In this document: piece by piece, positions 22,085 to 34,699 of the stretch
Layout: each line of letters starts with the position of its first letter
Numbering within the stretch: the first letter of the stretch is position 1
From: Squalus acanthias
Taxonomy: Eukaryota
Direction of reading: 5' to 3'
Assembly: GCA_030390025.1 (NCBI GenBank)
Contig: CM059433.1
Coordinates: forward strand, 9,178,001 to 9,242,000
DNA: 64,000 nt
Notes under the pieces: model-generated
What the model was told of the DNA's origin: nothing
What the model saw: only the letters and a program-made list of their open reading frames with translations
Database searches by the model: none
Program-made: the position numbers and the translations under genes

Positions 22085-23967
22085 GACAATACAGCCTCTC
22101 TCCACTGGGAGTGCTGGACACAATACAACCTCTCTCCACTGGGAGTGCTGGACACAATACAGCCTCTCTCCACTGGGAGCACTGAACACAATACAGCCTC
22201 TCGCCACTGGGAGCACTGAACACAATACAGCCTCTCTCCACTGGGAGTGCTGGACAATACAGCCTCTCTCCACTGGGAGCACTGGACACAATACAGCCTC
22301 TCTCCACTGGGAGTGCTGGACACAATACAGCCTCTCTCCACTGGGAGTGCTGGACAATACAGCCTCTCTCCACTGGGAGCGCTGGACAATACAGCCTCTC
22401 TCCACTGGGAGCGCTGGACAATACAGCCTCTCTCCACTGGGAGCACTGGACACAATACAGCCTCTCTCCACTGGGAGCACTGGACACAATACAGCCTCTC
22501 TCCACTGGGAGTGCTGGACAATACAGCCTCTCTCCACAGGGAGTGCTGGACAATACAGCCTCTCCACTCGGAGCGCTGGACAATACAGCCTCTCTCCACT
22601 GGGAGTGCTGGACACAATACAGCCTCTCTCCACTGGGAGTGCTGGACAATACAGCCTCTCTCCACTGGGAGTGCTGGACACAATACAGCCTCTCTCCACT
22701 GGGAGCGCTGCACACAATACAGCCTCTCTCCACTGGGAGCACTGGACACAATACAGCCTCTCTCCACTGGGAGTGCTGGACAATACAGCCTCTCTCCACT
22801 GGGAGCGCTGGACAATACAGCCTCTCTCCACTGGGAGTGCTGGACAATACAGCCTCTCTCCACAGGGAGTGCTGGACAATACAGCCTCTCTCCACTGGGA
22901 GCACTGGACACAGTACAGCCTCTCTCCACTGGGAGCGCTGAACACAATACAGCCTCTCTCCACTGGGAGCGCTGAACACAATACAGCCTCTCTCCACTGG
23001 GAGCACTGGACACAATACAGCCTCTCTCCACTGGGAGTGCTGGGCACAATACAGCCTCTCTCCACAGGGAGTGCTGGACAATACAGCCTCTCTCCACTGG
23101 GAGCACTGGACACAGTACAGCCTCTCTCCACTGGGAGCGCTGAACACAATACAGCCTCTCTCCACTGGGAGCACTGGACACAATACAGCCTCTCTCCACT
23201 GGGAGCGCTGGACAATACAGCCTCTCTCCACTGGGAGTGCTGGACACAATACAGCCTCTCTCCACTGGGAGCACTGGACACAATACAGCCTCTCTCCACT
23301 GGGAGCACTGGACACAATACAGCCTCTCTCCACTGGGAGTGCTGGACAATACAGCCTCTCTCCACAGGAAGCGCTGGACAATACAGCCTCTCTCCACTGG
23401 GAGCGCTGGACAATACAGCCTCTCTCCACTGGGAGCGCTGGACAATACAGCCTCTCTCCACTGGGAGCGCTGGACACAATACAGCCTCTCTCCACAGGGA
23501 GTGCTGGACAATACAGCCTCTCTCCACTGGAAGCGCTGGACAATACAGCCTCTCTCCACTGGGAGCGCTGGACAATACAGCCTCTCTCCACTGGGGGTGC
23601 TGGACAATACAGCCTCTCTCCACAGGGAGTGCTGGACACAATACAGCCTCTCTCCACAGGTGTGCAGATGCCGGTGTTGGACTGGGGTGGATAAATGTGA
23701 GAAGTCGCACAACACCAGGTTTTGGTCCAACAGTTTTATTTGAAATCACAAGCCGAAAGCTTGTGATTTCAAATAAAACTGTTGGACTATAACCTGACTT
23801 CTCACATCTCTCCACTGGGAGTGCTGGACACAATACAGCCTCTCTCCACAGGGAGTGCTGGACAATACAGCCTCTCTCCACAGGGAGTGCTGGACACAAT
23901 ACAGCCTCTCTCCACAGGGTGTGCTGGACACAATACAGCCTCTCTCCACTGGCAGTGCTGGACACAA
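22085..23967. repeat. Minisatellite B, 32/34-bp unit GA(CA)CAATACAGCCTCTCTCCACTGGGAG(T/C)(G/A)CTG, about 52 copies, interrupted by a PLE
   Basis: Read directly. Continues beyond the CR1 insertion at 27793-27997. Confidence 0.98.
23666..23806. mobile_element. Fold-back PLE mini-element with deleted hammerhead centre, inserted in minisatellite B
   Basis: AGATGCCGGTGTTGGACTGGGG...TGAAATCACAAGC-CGAAAGCTTGTGATTTCA...CTTCTCAC; CUGANGA box and helix II are missing. Confidence 0.85.
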
Positions 23968-26900
23968 TTTCTAGAGGTGGTCACCCCGCAGCTTAAGTGT
24001 ATGCAGGCAGAGAGGGAATGGGTGACCGCCAGACAGAAGAGGAGGCCCAGGCAGGTAGTGCAGGAGTCCCCGGAGTGCATCGTGCGCTCTCCAACCAGTA
24101 TTCTGTTCTGAGTAATGGTGAGGGCGATGGTTCCTCTGGGGATTGCAGCCAGAGTCAAGTCCAAGGCACCACGGGCGGCTCAGCTGCACGGAGGGGCGGG
24201 GGGGTGCTGGGTGGAAGGAAAAAGAGTGTGAGAGCAATAATGGTAGCGGATTCGATAGTTAGGGGAGCAGACAGGCGTTTCTGCGGCAGCAGACTTGACT
24301 CCAGGATGGTATGTTGCCTCCCTGGTGCCAGGGTCAAGGATGTCACTGAGCAGCTGCAGAACACTCTGAGGGGGGAGGGTGAACAGCCAGAGGTCGTTGT
24401 CCATATTGGTACCAATGACATAGGCAGAAAGAGGGATGAGGTCCTGCAGGCAGAGTTTAGGGAGCTAGGAGAGAGATTAAAAAGCAGGACCTCAAAGGTA
24501 GTAATCTCCGGATTACTCCCGGTGCCACGTGCTAGTGAGTACAGGAATAGGAGGATAGAACAGATGAATGCGTGGCTGGAGAGATGGTGCAGGCTTTAGA
24601 TTCCTGAGGCATTGGGACCGTTTCTGGGGAAGGTGCGACCTGTACAAGCCGGACGGGTTACACCTCAACAGAGCCGGGACCAATATTTTCGCGGGGTGGT
24701 TTGTTAGTGCTGTTGGGGAGGGTTTAAACTAACTTGGCAGGAGGGTGGGCACCAACATATAGGAGTAGAAAAGAGGAATAAGATGCATAAAAGAGTGAGT
24801 GTGTTGGATAGTACTAGAGAAGATAGTACTAGAGGCGGTAGTAGTACCATATTAGATAGGAGCAGACTAAGAAAGCCTATGAAAAATTCAAAAATGTGTT
24901 CAGAATGCATATACGTAAACGCACAACGTGTGGTGAATAAGGTTGGTGAGCTACAAGCACAATTAGCTGTGTGGCAATATGATGTTGTGGCAATAATGGA
25001 AACATGGCTTAAAAACGGTGAGAACTGGGCACTTAATAGTCAAGGGTACAAGGTGTTCAGAAAAGATAGGGATGGAAAAAAGGGAGGTGGGGTGGCAGTG
25101 CTGATTAAGGGAGACATTGTAGTGTTGGAAAGGGATGATGTTCTTGAGGGGACAAGGACAGAATCCATTTGGTTAGAGTTGGGGAGCAAAAAGGGTATGA
25201 TTACGCTATTGGGGGTATTCTATGGGTCTCCAAATAGTGAGAAGTAGGTAGAGGAGCAAATCTGCAAGGAAATCGCCGAGATATGCAAGAGCTATAGAGT
25301 GGTGATATTGGGGGACTTTAATTACCCAAATATCCATTGGGATAATGCTAGGGTAAAGGGAAAGGAGGGGGAGGAATTTCTGAAATGTGTTCAGGAAAAT
25401 TTCCTTGACCAATATGTTCTTGGCCCAACTAGGAAGGAGGCATTGCTGGATCTGGTGCTGGGGAACAAGGTGGGCCGGGTCGACTAAGTGTCTGTGGGAG
25501 AACACTTGGGTACGAGTGATCATCGTATCATAAGATTTAGATTAGGAATGGAGAGGAGCAAGGAACAATCTAGAGTGGAACTTCTAAACTGGAATAGGGC
25601 TAACTTCAATGGGATGCAAAAGGATCTAGCCAGGGTAAAATGTAACCAAAGACTGACAGGAAAAATTGTAACGGAACAATGGGTGATCTTTAAGGAGGAA
25701 ATGTTCCACGTACAGGCTAGGTACATTCCAACAAGAGGGAAGGGTAAGGGAACCAAAGCAAGGGATCCTTGGATGACGAGGGAGATAGAGAAGATGATGA
25801 AACAAAAAAAGAGGGTATATGATGCATGTCAGGTGAATTCTTCAAGGGAGAACCAGACCAAATACAATAAGTTGAGAGGCGATGTGAAGATGAAAATAAG
25901 ATTGGCAAAGAGATAATATGAGAGTAGAATGGTGGTGAACATAAAAGGGAACCCAAAAATCTTCTACTGGCATGTAAACAGTAAGCGGGTAGTAAGAGGC
26001 AGGGTGGGGCCTATTAGAGACAAAGAAGGTGATATATGCTTAGAGGTGCAGGGCAAGGCTAGAATACTCAATGAGTACTTTGTATCGGTGTTTACTAAGG
26101 AGGTGGATGCTGACAAAATATCGGTAGAAGTGGAAAAGGTAGAAGCAATGGAAGGGGTGAAAATTGATAGACAGGATGTACTAGAAAGGCTTAGAGTTGA
26201 CAAGTCGCCTGGTCCAGATGGCTTGCATCCCAGGTTGCTAAGGGAATTGGGGGAGCAGATAGCAGAAGGGCTTGCCATAATTTTCCAATCTTCCGTAGAT
26301 GCAGGGGGAGGTGCCTGAGGATTGGAAAGTGGCAAATGTGACACCATTGTTCAAGAAAGGGTGTAAGGACAATCCTAGTAACTACAGGCCGGTCAGTTTA
26401 ACATCAATGGTGGGTAAAGTTTTAGAAACAATAATCAAGGAAAAAATTAACAGGCATTTGGAGAGGTTTAAGCTAATTAAGATGAGCCAACATGGGTTTG
26501 TAAAAGGAAGATCGTGTTTGACTAATCTAATTGAATTTTTTGATGAAGTAACAGGGAGGATTGATGAAGGGAATGCAATGGATGTTGTCTACATGGATTT
26601 TCGGAAGGCATTTGACAAAGTACCACATAGAAGGCTGGTTAACAAAATTGAGGCTCATGGAATAGGTGGGTCAGTGGCAGCTTGGATAAGGAATTGGCTT
26701 AAGGACAGAAAACAGCAAGTTGTGGTAAATGGCTGTTTTTCAGACTGGAGGATGATAGACAGTGATGTTCCCCAAGGGTCAGTGCTGGGGCCACTGCTTT
26801 TTTTGATATATATATATATATATATATAAATGATTTGGATATTGGAATACAGAGTAGAATTTCTAAATTTGCCAATGACACCAAACTTGGGAGTCTGGCA

Positions 26901-27792
26901 AACAGTAATGATGATATCAATCGACTGCAACAGGACATAGAAAGGCTAGCAGAATGGGCAGACAAGTGGCAGATGGAATTTAATACAGAGAAGTGTGAGG
27001 TGATGCATTTTGGCAGAAGGAACAGGGAGAGGCAATATACACTTAATGGCACAGTTTTAAAGAGTATGCGGGAACAGAGGGACGACCTGGGAGTTAATGT
27101 GCATAGGTTCCTGAAGGTGGCAGGACATATTGAGAGAGTGGTTAACAAAGCTTATGGGATCTTGGACTTCATAAATAGAGGTATTGAGTACAAAAGTAGA
27201 GAAGTTATGCTGAAGCTTTATAAAGTGCTGGTTAGGCCACAACTGGGGTATTGCGCCCAGTTCTGGTCACCACACTTTAGGAAGGATGTGAAGGCCCTTG
27301 AGAGGGTGCAGAGGAGATTTACCAGAATTGTTCCGGGGATGGGGGATCTTAGCTACAAGGACAGGTTGGAGAAGCTGGATTTGTTTTCATTAGAGCAAAG
27401 GAGGTTGAGGGGTGATTTGATAGAGGTGTACAAGATTATGACGGGTTTGGATAGGCTAGACGGGGAAAGGCTGTTCCCACTAGTTGATGGTACAAGGACT
27501 AGGGGACACAGATTTAAGGTTTTGGGCAAGAGATACAGGAGGAATGTAAGGAAAAACCTTTTTACACAGCGAGTGGTGATGACCTGGAATTCGCTGCCGA
27601 CAGAAGTGGTAGAAGCGGAGACACTCAATGTTTTCAAGGGGAGACTGGATAGGCACTTGAGGGAAATAAACTTGCAGAGCTACGGGGATAGAGCGGGGGA
27701 ATGGGACTGACTGGATTGCTCTGCAGAGAGCCGGCACAGACTCGATGGGCCGAATGGCCTCCTTCTGTGCCATTATGACTCTATGACTCTAT
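23968..27792 (+). mobile_element. CR1 LINE with SGNH-esterase ORF1 remnant and ORF2, inserted into minisatellite B
   Basis: ORF1: VADSIVRG, VCCLPGARVKD, VVVHIGTNDIG. ORF2: YVNAQ, METWL, ILGDFNYP, NYRPVSLTS, YMDFRKAFDKVPH, KFANDTK. Tail (TATGACTC)n abuts the resumed array. Confidence 0.95.
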
Positions 27793-27997
27793 GACAATAC
27801 AGCCTCTCTCCACAGAGAGCCCGGGGACAATACAATCTCTCTCCTATTAGAGCCCGGGGACACAATACAGCCTCTTTCCACAGGGAGCACTGGACACAAT
27901 ACAGCCTCTTTCCACAGGGAGACTGGACACAATACAGCCTCTTTCCACAGGGAGCGCTGGACACAATACAGCCTCTCTCCACAGAGAGCCCGGGGAG
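27793..27997. repeat. Distal, more diverged remnant of minisatellite B (about 6 units)
   Basis: GACAATACAGCCTCT(C/T)TCCACAG units with AGAGCCCGGG variants. Confidence 0.9.
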
Positions 27998-28500
27998 TGC
28001 GATGGAATACTCTCCACTTGACTAGATGAGTGCAGCTCCAACAACACTGAAGAAGCTCGACACCATCCAGGACAAAGCAGCCCGCTTGATTGGCACCCCA
28101 TCCACCACCTTAAACATTCACTCCCTCCACCACCGGCGTACCGTGGCTGCAGTGTGTATCATCTACTGTAGCAATTTGCCAAGGCTTCTTCAGCAGCAGG
28201 TCTCAAACCCGTGACCTCTACCACCTAGAAGGACAAGGGCAGCAGGCGCATGGGAGCACCATCACCTGCAAGTTCCTCTCCAAGTTACACACCATCCTGA
28301 CTTGGAAATATATCGGCCGTTCCTTCATCGTCGCTGGGTCAAAATCCTGGAACTCCCTCCTTAACAGCACTATGGGAGTACCTTCACCAGAAGGACTGCA
28401 GCGGGTCAAGGAGGTGGCTCACCACCACCTTCTCAAGGGGAATTAGGGGTGGGCAATAAATGCTGGCCTTGCCAGCAACGCCCACATCCCAGGAACGAAT
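27995..28500 (+). mobile_element. Family-B LINE 3' end
   Basis: MSAAPTTLKKLDTIQDKAARLIG; tail GGGCAATAAATGCTGGCCTTGCCAGC. Confidence 0.9.
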
Positions 28501-28504
28501 AGAA

Positions 28505-30385
28505 AAAACAGAAAAGAACCCCAGCCTGTTCAATCTCTCCTGATAGGTATAACCTCTCAGTTCTGGTATCATTCTAGTAAATCTTTATTGCACCATCTCC
28601 AGTGCCTCTATATCCTTTTTTAGAATATGGAGACCAGAAAACTGTTCACAGAACTCCAAGTGTGGTCTAACCAAGGTTCTATACAAGTTGAACATAACTT
28701 CTCTGATTTTCAATTCTATCCCTCGAGCTAAATGAACCCCGATGCTTTGTTTGCTTTTTTTATGGCTTTATTAACCTGCGTCACTGATTTTAGTAATCTG
28801 TGTATCTGTACCCCCAGATCCCTCTGTTCCACTACCCCATCTAGACACTTATTTTCCAATAGTATGTGGCCTCCTTATTCCTACCAAAATGTACTTCCTC
28901 GCACTTATCTATACGGAGGTTAATTTGCTAATTACATGCCCATTCTGCAAAGTTATTAATGTCTTCCTGTACCTTGTTGCAGTCCGCCCCTGTATTAATT
29001 ATGCCCCCCAATTTGGTGTCATCCACAAATTTAGAAATTGTACTTTCGATTCCCGAGTCAAATCATTTACGTAGATAGTGAACAACAGTGGTCCCAGCAC
29101 CGATCTTTGTAGAACGTCATTTGCCAATCTGAGTAACTACCTTTAACCCCTACTCTCTGTTTTCTGTTTTGTAGCCAGCTTGCTACTTGTCCCGACTCCA
29201 CATGTTCTGACCTTAGTCATTAGTCTATTATGTGGTACCTTATCGAAGGCCTTTTGGAAATCTAGATAAATTACATTTACTACATTACCCTTGTCTACTC
29301 TCTCTGTTACCTCTCCAAAGAATTCAATGAGGTTGGTCAGGCAAGACTTTGCCTTTTGAAATCCATACTGACTATTCATTATTATATTTTTGGTTTCTAG
29401 ATGTTCTTCTATTTTTTCCTTCAGTAGGGATTCCATTATTTTTCCTCTAACCTGATGTTAAGCTGACTGGTCTATAGTTCCCTGGATATGTTCCAGCTGC
29501 CTTCTTAAATATAGGTATTATGTTAGCTATCCGCCAGTCCTCTGGCACTATGCCTTTTTCCAATGAATTATTAAATATGTGTAACAGTGCCTCTGCTATC
29601 TCTTCCCTAGATTCTTTTAAAATGCGCGGATGTAATCCATCCGGACCAGGGGTTTTATCCTCTCTGAGTTTGATTAGTTTATTTAATATTTCTCCTCTTT
29701 ATTTTACATGCGGTTATATCATTTCTAATCTCATCTTCCACTGTCATGTGCACCTGATTTGTTGCCCTGGTAAATACTGAAGCAAAGTAATAATTTAATA
29801 TTTCTGCCATTTCGCTATTGCTGCCTGTGATTTTATCCTGACCAGTCCTGCCATATTCCCATCCTGACTTTCCTTTTTTTATTAATGTGCCTGTACAATA
29901 TTTTTTGTTCCTTGATAATTTAATTTCATAGTTCCTCTTTGCCTTCCTAATTGGTTTTTTGACTTCTCTCATAATCTCTTTGTAATCTCCCTCATCATGC
30001 ACTGCCCTGCTGTCCATGTACTTAATGTACTCCTCTTTCCTTACCCTCAATTTTTCCCTTATGTCTTTATTCATCCATAGTGTTTCATTAGTGTTTAGCT
30101 TGTTCTTGTTTTTTAGCAGAATATATTTTCCCTGGACTCTGTTGAACACCGTTTTAAATATTTCCCATTGCTGTTCTACATCATTGTTTGTCAATATTGT
30201 TGTCCATTTTATTTTCCTAAGTTCTATTCTCAGCCCCTCAAAATTAGCTTTTCTCCAATCTATTACCCTGGTCTTCATCATACTTATGTCCTTCTCAATT
30301 ATTACCTTAGAGCGTATTATATTATGGTCACTATTGCCTAGATGTTCCCCTACTTTTACTTCTCTTATCTGCTCTGGTTCATTGC
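28505..30385 (-). mobile_element. Older CR1 ORF2 fragment
   Basis: VGEHLGNSDHNII, SCLTNLIEFF, YLDFQKAFDKVPH; decayed. Confidence 0.88.
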
Positions 30386-33300
30386 CTTCTTGAACCGCTG
30401 CAGTCCACAGTGCTGTTAGGTAGGGAGTTCCAGGATTTTGCCCCAGCAACGATGAAGGATTGGCATTATATTTCTAAGTCAGGATGGTATGTGACTTGGA
30501 GGGGAACTTGGATGTGGTGGTGTTGCCATGCGTCTGCTGCCCTTGTCCTTCTAGTTGGAATAGGTCGCGGGTTTGGGAGGTGCTGCCGAAGGAGCCTTGG
30601 CGAGTTGATGAAGTTCATCTTGTAGATGGTACACACTGCAGCCACGGTACGCTGGTGGTGGAGGGAGTGAATATTTAAGGTGGTGGATGGGGTGCCAATC
30701 AAGCGGGCTGCTTTGTCCTGGATGGTGTTGAGCTTCTTAAGTGTTGTTGGAGCTGCATTCATCCAGGCAAGTGGAGAGTATTCCATCACACTCCTTACTT
30801 GTGCCTTGTAGATGGTGGAAAGGCTTTGGGGAGTCAGGAGGTGAGACACTCGCCGCAGAATACCTAACTTCTGACCTGCTCTTGTTGCCACAGTATTTAT
30901 GTGGCTGGTCCAGTTAAGTTTCTGGTCAATGGTGACCCCCAGGATGTTGATGGTGGGGGATTCAGCAATGGTAATGCCGTTGAATGGAGGGAGGTGGTTA
31001 GACTCTCGCTTGTTGGAGATAGTCATTGTCTGGCACTTCTGTGGCGCGAATGTTACCTGCTACTTATCAGCCCAAGCCTGAACATCGTCCAGTTCTTGTT
31101 GCATGCGGGCATGGATTGCTTCATTATCTGAGGAGTTGTGAATGGCGCTGAACACTGTGCAGTCATCAGCGAACATCCCCATTTCTGACCTTATGTTGGA
31201 GGGAAGGTCATTGATGAAGCAGCTGAAGATGGTTGGGCCTAGGACACTGCCCTGAGGAACTCCTGCAGCAATGTCCTAGGGCTCTGATGATTGACCTTCA
31301 ACCACCACAACCATCTTCCTTTCTGCTAGGTATGACTCCAGCCAGTGGAGAGTTTCCCCCCCCCCCCCCCCCCCCGATTCCCATTGACTTCAGTTTTACT
31401 AGGGCTCCTTCATGCCACACTCGGTCAAATGCTGCCTTGATGTCAAGGGCAGTCACTCTCACCTCGCCTCTGGAATTCAGCTCCTTTGTCCATGTTTGGA
31501 CCAAGGCTGTAATGAGGTCGGGAGCAGAGTGGTCTTGGCAGAATCCAAACTGGGCATCAGTGATCAGGTTATTGGTGAGTAAGTTGTGCTTGATAGCACT
31601 GTCGATGACACCTTCCATCACTTTGCTGTTGATTGAGAGTAGACTGATGGGGCAGTAATTGGCCGGGTTGGATTTGTCCTACTTTTTGTGGACAGGACAT
31701 ACCTGGGCAGTTTTCCACATTGTCGGATAGATGCCAGTGTTGTAGCTGTACTGGACCACCTTGGCTAGAGGCACGGTTAGTTCTGGAGCACAAGTCTTCA
31801 GCATGATAGCCAGGATGTTGTCGGGGCCCATAGCCTTTGCTGTACCTCCAGTGCACTCAGCCATTTCTTGATATCACGTGGCGTGAATCGAATTGGCTGA
31901 AGGTGGCTTCTGTGATGGTGGGGACCTCAGGAGTAGGCCGATATGGATCATCCACTTGGCACTTCTGGCTGAAGATGGTTGCAAATGCTTCAGCCTTATC
32001 TTTTGCACTCACATGCTAGGCTCTACCATCATTGAGGATAAAAGTGAGAAGTCGCACAACACCAGGTTATAGTCCAACAGTTTTATTTGAAATCACAAGC
32101 TTTCGGAGCGGCTGCTCCTTCGTCAGGTGAAGTGACTTCACCTGACGAAGGAGCAGCGCTCCGAAAGCTTGTGATTTCAAATAAAACTGTTGGACTATAA
32201 CCTGGTGTTGTGCGACTTCTCACTTTTGTCCACCCCAGTCCAACACCGGCATCTCTGCATCATGATCATTGAGGATGGGGATATTCATGGAGCCTCCTCC
32301 TCCCATTAGTTGTTTAATGGTCCACCACCATTCGCGACTGGATGTGGCAGGACTGCAGAGCTTTGATCTGAGCCATTGATTGTGGGATCGCTTAGCCCTG
32401 TTTATAACTTGCTGCTTCCACTTTTTAGCATGCATGTAGTCCTGTGTTGCAGCTTCCCCAGGTTGGCACCTCATATTTAGGTACGTCTGGTGCTGCACCT
32501 GGCATGCTCTTCTACACTCCTTATTGAACTAGGGTTGGTCCCCTGGCTTGATGGTAATGCCGGGCTATGAGGTTACAGATTGTGGTGGAATACAATTCTG
32601 CTGATGGCCCACAGCACCTCATGGATGCCCAGTTTTGAGCTGCTGGATCTGTTCTGAATCTATCCCATTTAGCACGGTGGTAGTGCCACACAACACAATG
32701 GAGGGTGTCCTCAGTGTGAAGACGGGACTTCATCGCCACAATGACTGTGCAGTGGTCACTGCTACCAATACTGTCATGGACAGATGCATCTGCGATAGGT
32801 AGATTGGTGAGGGCGAGGTCAAATAGGTATTTCCCTCGTGTTGGTTCTCTCACCACCTGTCACAGGCCCCGACTGGCAATTATGTCCTTCAGGACTCGGT
32901 CAGTAGTGGTGCTACCGAGCCACTCTTGGTGATGGACATTGAAGTCGCCCACGCAGAGTACATTCTGTGCCCTTGCTCCTCTCAGTGCTTCTTCCAAGTG
33001 GTGCTCAACATGGAGGAGTACTGATTCATCAGCTGAAGGAGGGTGGTATGTGGTAATCAGCAGGAGGTTTCCTTGCCTATGCTTGACCTGAAGCCATGAG
33101 ACTTCATGGGGTACGGAGTCAATGTTGCGGACTCCCAGGGCCACTCCTTCCCACCTGTCTACCACTGTGCCGCCACCCCTGGTGGGTCTGTCCTGCTCGT
33201 GGGACAGGACATGCCCAGGGAAGGTGATGGAGGAGTTTGGGACATTGGCTGAAAGGTATGATTCTGTGAGTATGACTATGTCAGGCTGTTGCTTGACTAG

Positions 33301-33505
33301 TCTGTGGGACAGCTCTCCCAATTTTGGCACAAGTCCCCAGATGTTGGTGAGGAGGACTTTGCAGGGTCGACTGGGCTGGGTGTGCCGTTGCCGTGTCCAT
33401 AGCCGGTGCTGAGGTCGATGCCGGGTGATCTATCCAGTTTCATTCTTATTATTGTGTTTCGTAGCGGTTTGTTACAACTGAGTGGCTTGCTAGGCCATTT
33501 CAGAG
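30386..33505 (-). mobile_element. Family-B CR1-group LINE, near full length (5' UTR, APE, RT), with PLE insertion
   Basis: DIVILTESYL, TTYHPPS, VGDFNVHH, AMGPDNI, ALDIKAAFDRVWH, YKAQVRSVMEYS. No separate ORF1 is visible between the 5' end (about 33505) and the APE domain. Confidence 0.92.
32040..32264. mobile_element. Fold-back PLE mini-element with two hammerheads and a perfect 12-bp TSD
   Basis: ATCATTGAGGAT at 32028-32039 and 32265-32276. Hammerhead on + at 32138-32174 (UCAC-CUGACGA-A-GGAGC-AGC-GCUCC-GAAA-GCUU-GUGA) with a mirror copy on -. Confidence 0.9.
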
Positions 33506-33506
33506 A

Positions 33507-33620
33507 TGACTATATTACAACAGTGACTACACTTCACAAGTACTTCATTGGCTGTAAAGCTCTTTGGGATGTCTGGTGGTCGTAAAAGGCGCTGTAGAAA
33601 TGCAAATATTTCTTTTCTGA
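33507..33620 (+). mobile_element. DeuSINE 3' fragment
   Basis: ATTACAACAGTGACTACACTTCA...AAAGGCGCTGTAGAAATGCAA, as at 17935-18045. Confidence 0.75.
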
Positions 33621-34699
33621 CTTGAGCAAAATCACAAGAGTAATTTAAAAAAAAATCACAGATATAGACTAACAAACAGAACAGAATATATAGATTCTTG
33701 ATCACAAAAATACGTTCTCTCACCCTCCTTCAACATTCTGTGCCTTGCTCTTGAACCATTCTTTCCTTACCCTCCAAGTATCTCATTCCATCTTTCTCTC
33801 CCACCTCCCCATTACCCATCTTTTATGCATCGCTATTACTCTCTACCTTCTATTGCAAATAACAGAGAGCAACAATTGAGTTTGATTTTCTAAAAAAAAA
33901 TTCACAAGGTAAAGCCTGAAGTTCGGAACTTTGAGGTAAGTTTCAACAGGACACACGCACGCACGCACACGCGAGGAGTACAGTTGCCTCCCCACCACCA
34001 CCCATTTTCTGTCCATGAGCAAGATCACTGGTGATCAACTATAATTAGAGCAAATGATTTGATGCAACAAAAATCATGGGACGGTGGCAGAGAACGTGAC
34101 ATCTTACAGTTGCAAAAAGATACCTTTCTGGCACTCCAGTATTTTCTCCTCTCACCAGCATTTTATTTTAATCACCAATAGGCTTTAAAATACCAGTATT
34201 CTGCTTCTCTTGAACTGCCCCACCATTGAATGGAAGTTCCCACTGGTTACAGCAACAGGTGGCTGCAAGCGCGCTGTGCACCCGCACGGTTTTAAAATTT
34301 AGTTTGGATTTACTCGCCAGTAAGCAGAGCAAGTACTGCAGGCATGAGCACCTGTTATAAATCAACTGGAAACTTCCCTCAGGTTGAGATAGGCAGAGCA
34401 CCAACGCCAGCACTCGAAAACATGATCAGAATTAAGGAACCGATCAGGAGAGAAACGGTCAGGGAAAGTTGCGCTCGAGTGAAACATCAGGATTTCACAA
34501 GATAGTATACCACGACAAATCACTTGCTCGAACTGGAATTCATTCTGCGTGTCACTGTTAATGTTATTATAAAACAGCATATCCTCAGAATTAAGAAACA
34601 ATCTGCCGGTATATATAAACTTTTCCTCTTGTGCATGTTGAGTCAGTCACACTTCAGTCATCCTGTATAATATGTAAATCTGTCACTCTTAAACAAGTG

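Noticed and set aside
21981..23965. Overlapping 550-636 aa Cys-rich ORFs on both strands
   Set aside because: Artefacts of a stop-poor 32/34-bp minisatellite. Units are not multiples of three, all minus frames give the same peptides, and the ORFs read through a PLE insertion and the promoter.
20248..23967. CRISPR-like appearance of 29-34 bp repeats with small hairpins
   Set aside because: Units are directly tandem with no unique spacers, there are no cas genes, and the context is vertebrate.
33620..34690. Unique stretch with some CpGs and GGTAAG/GGTAAA donor-like sites
   Set aside because: No supportable exon, ORF homology or repeat structure; a regulatory role cannot be judged from sequence alone.
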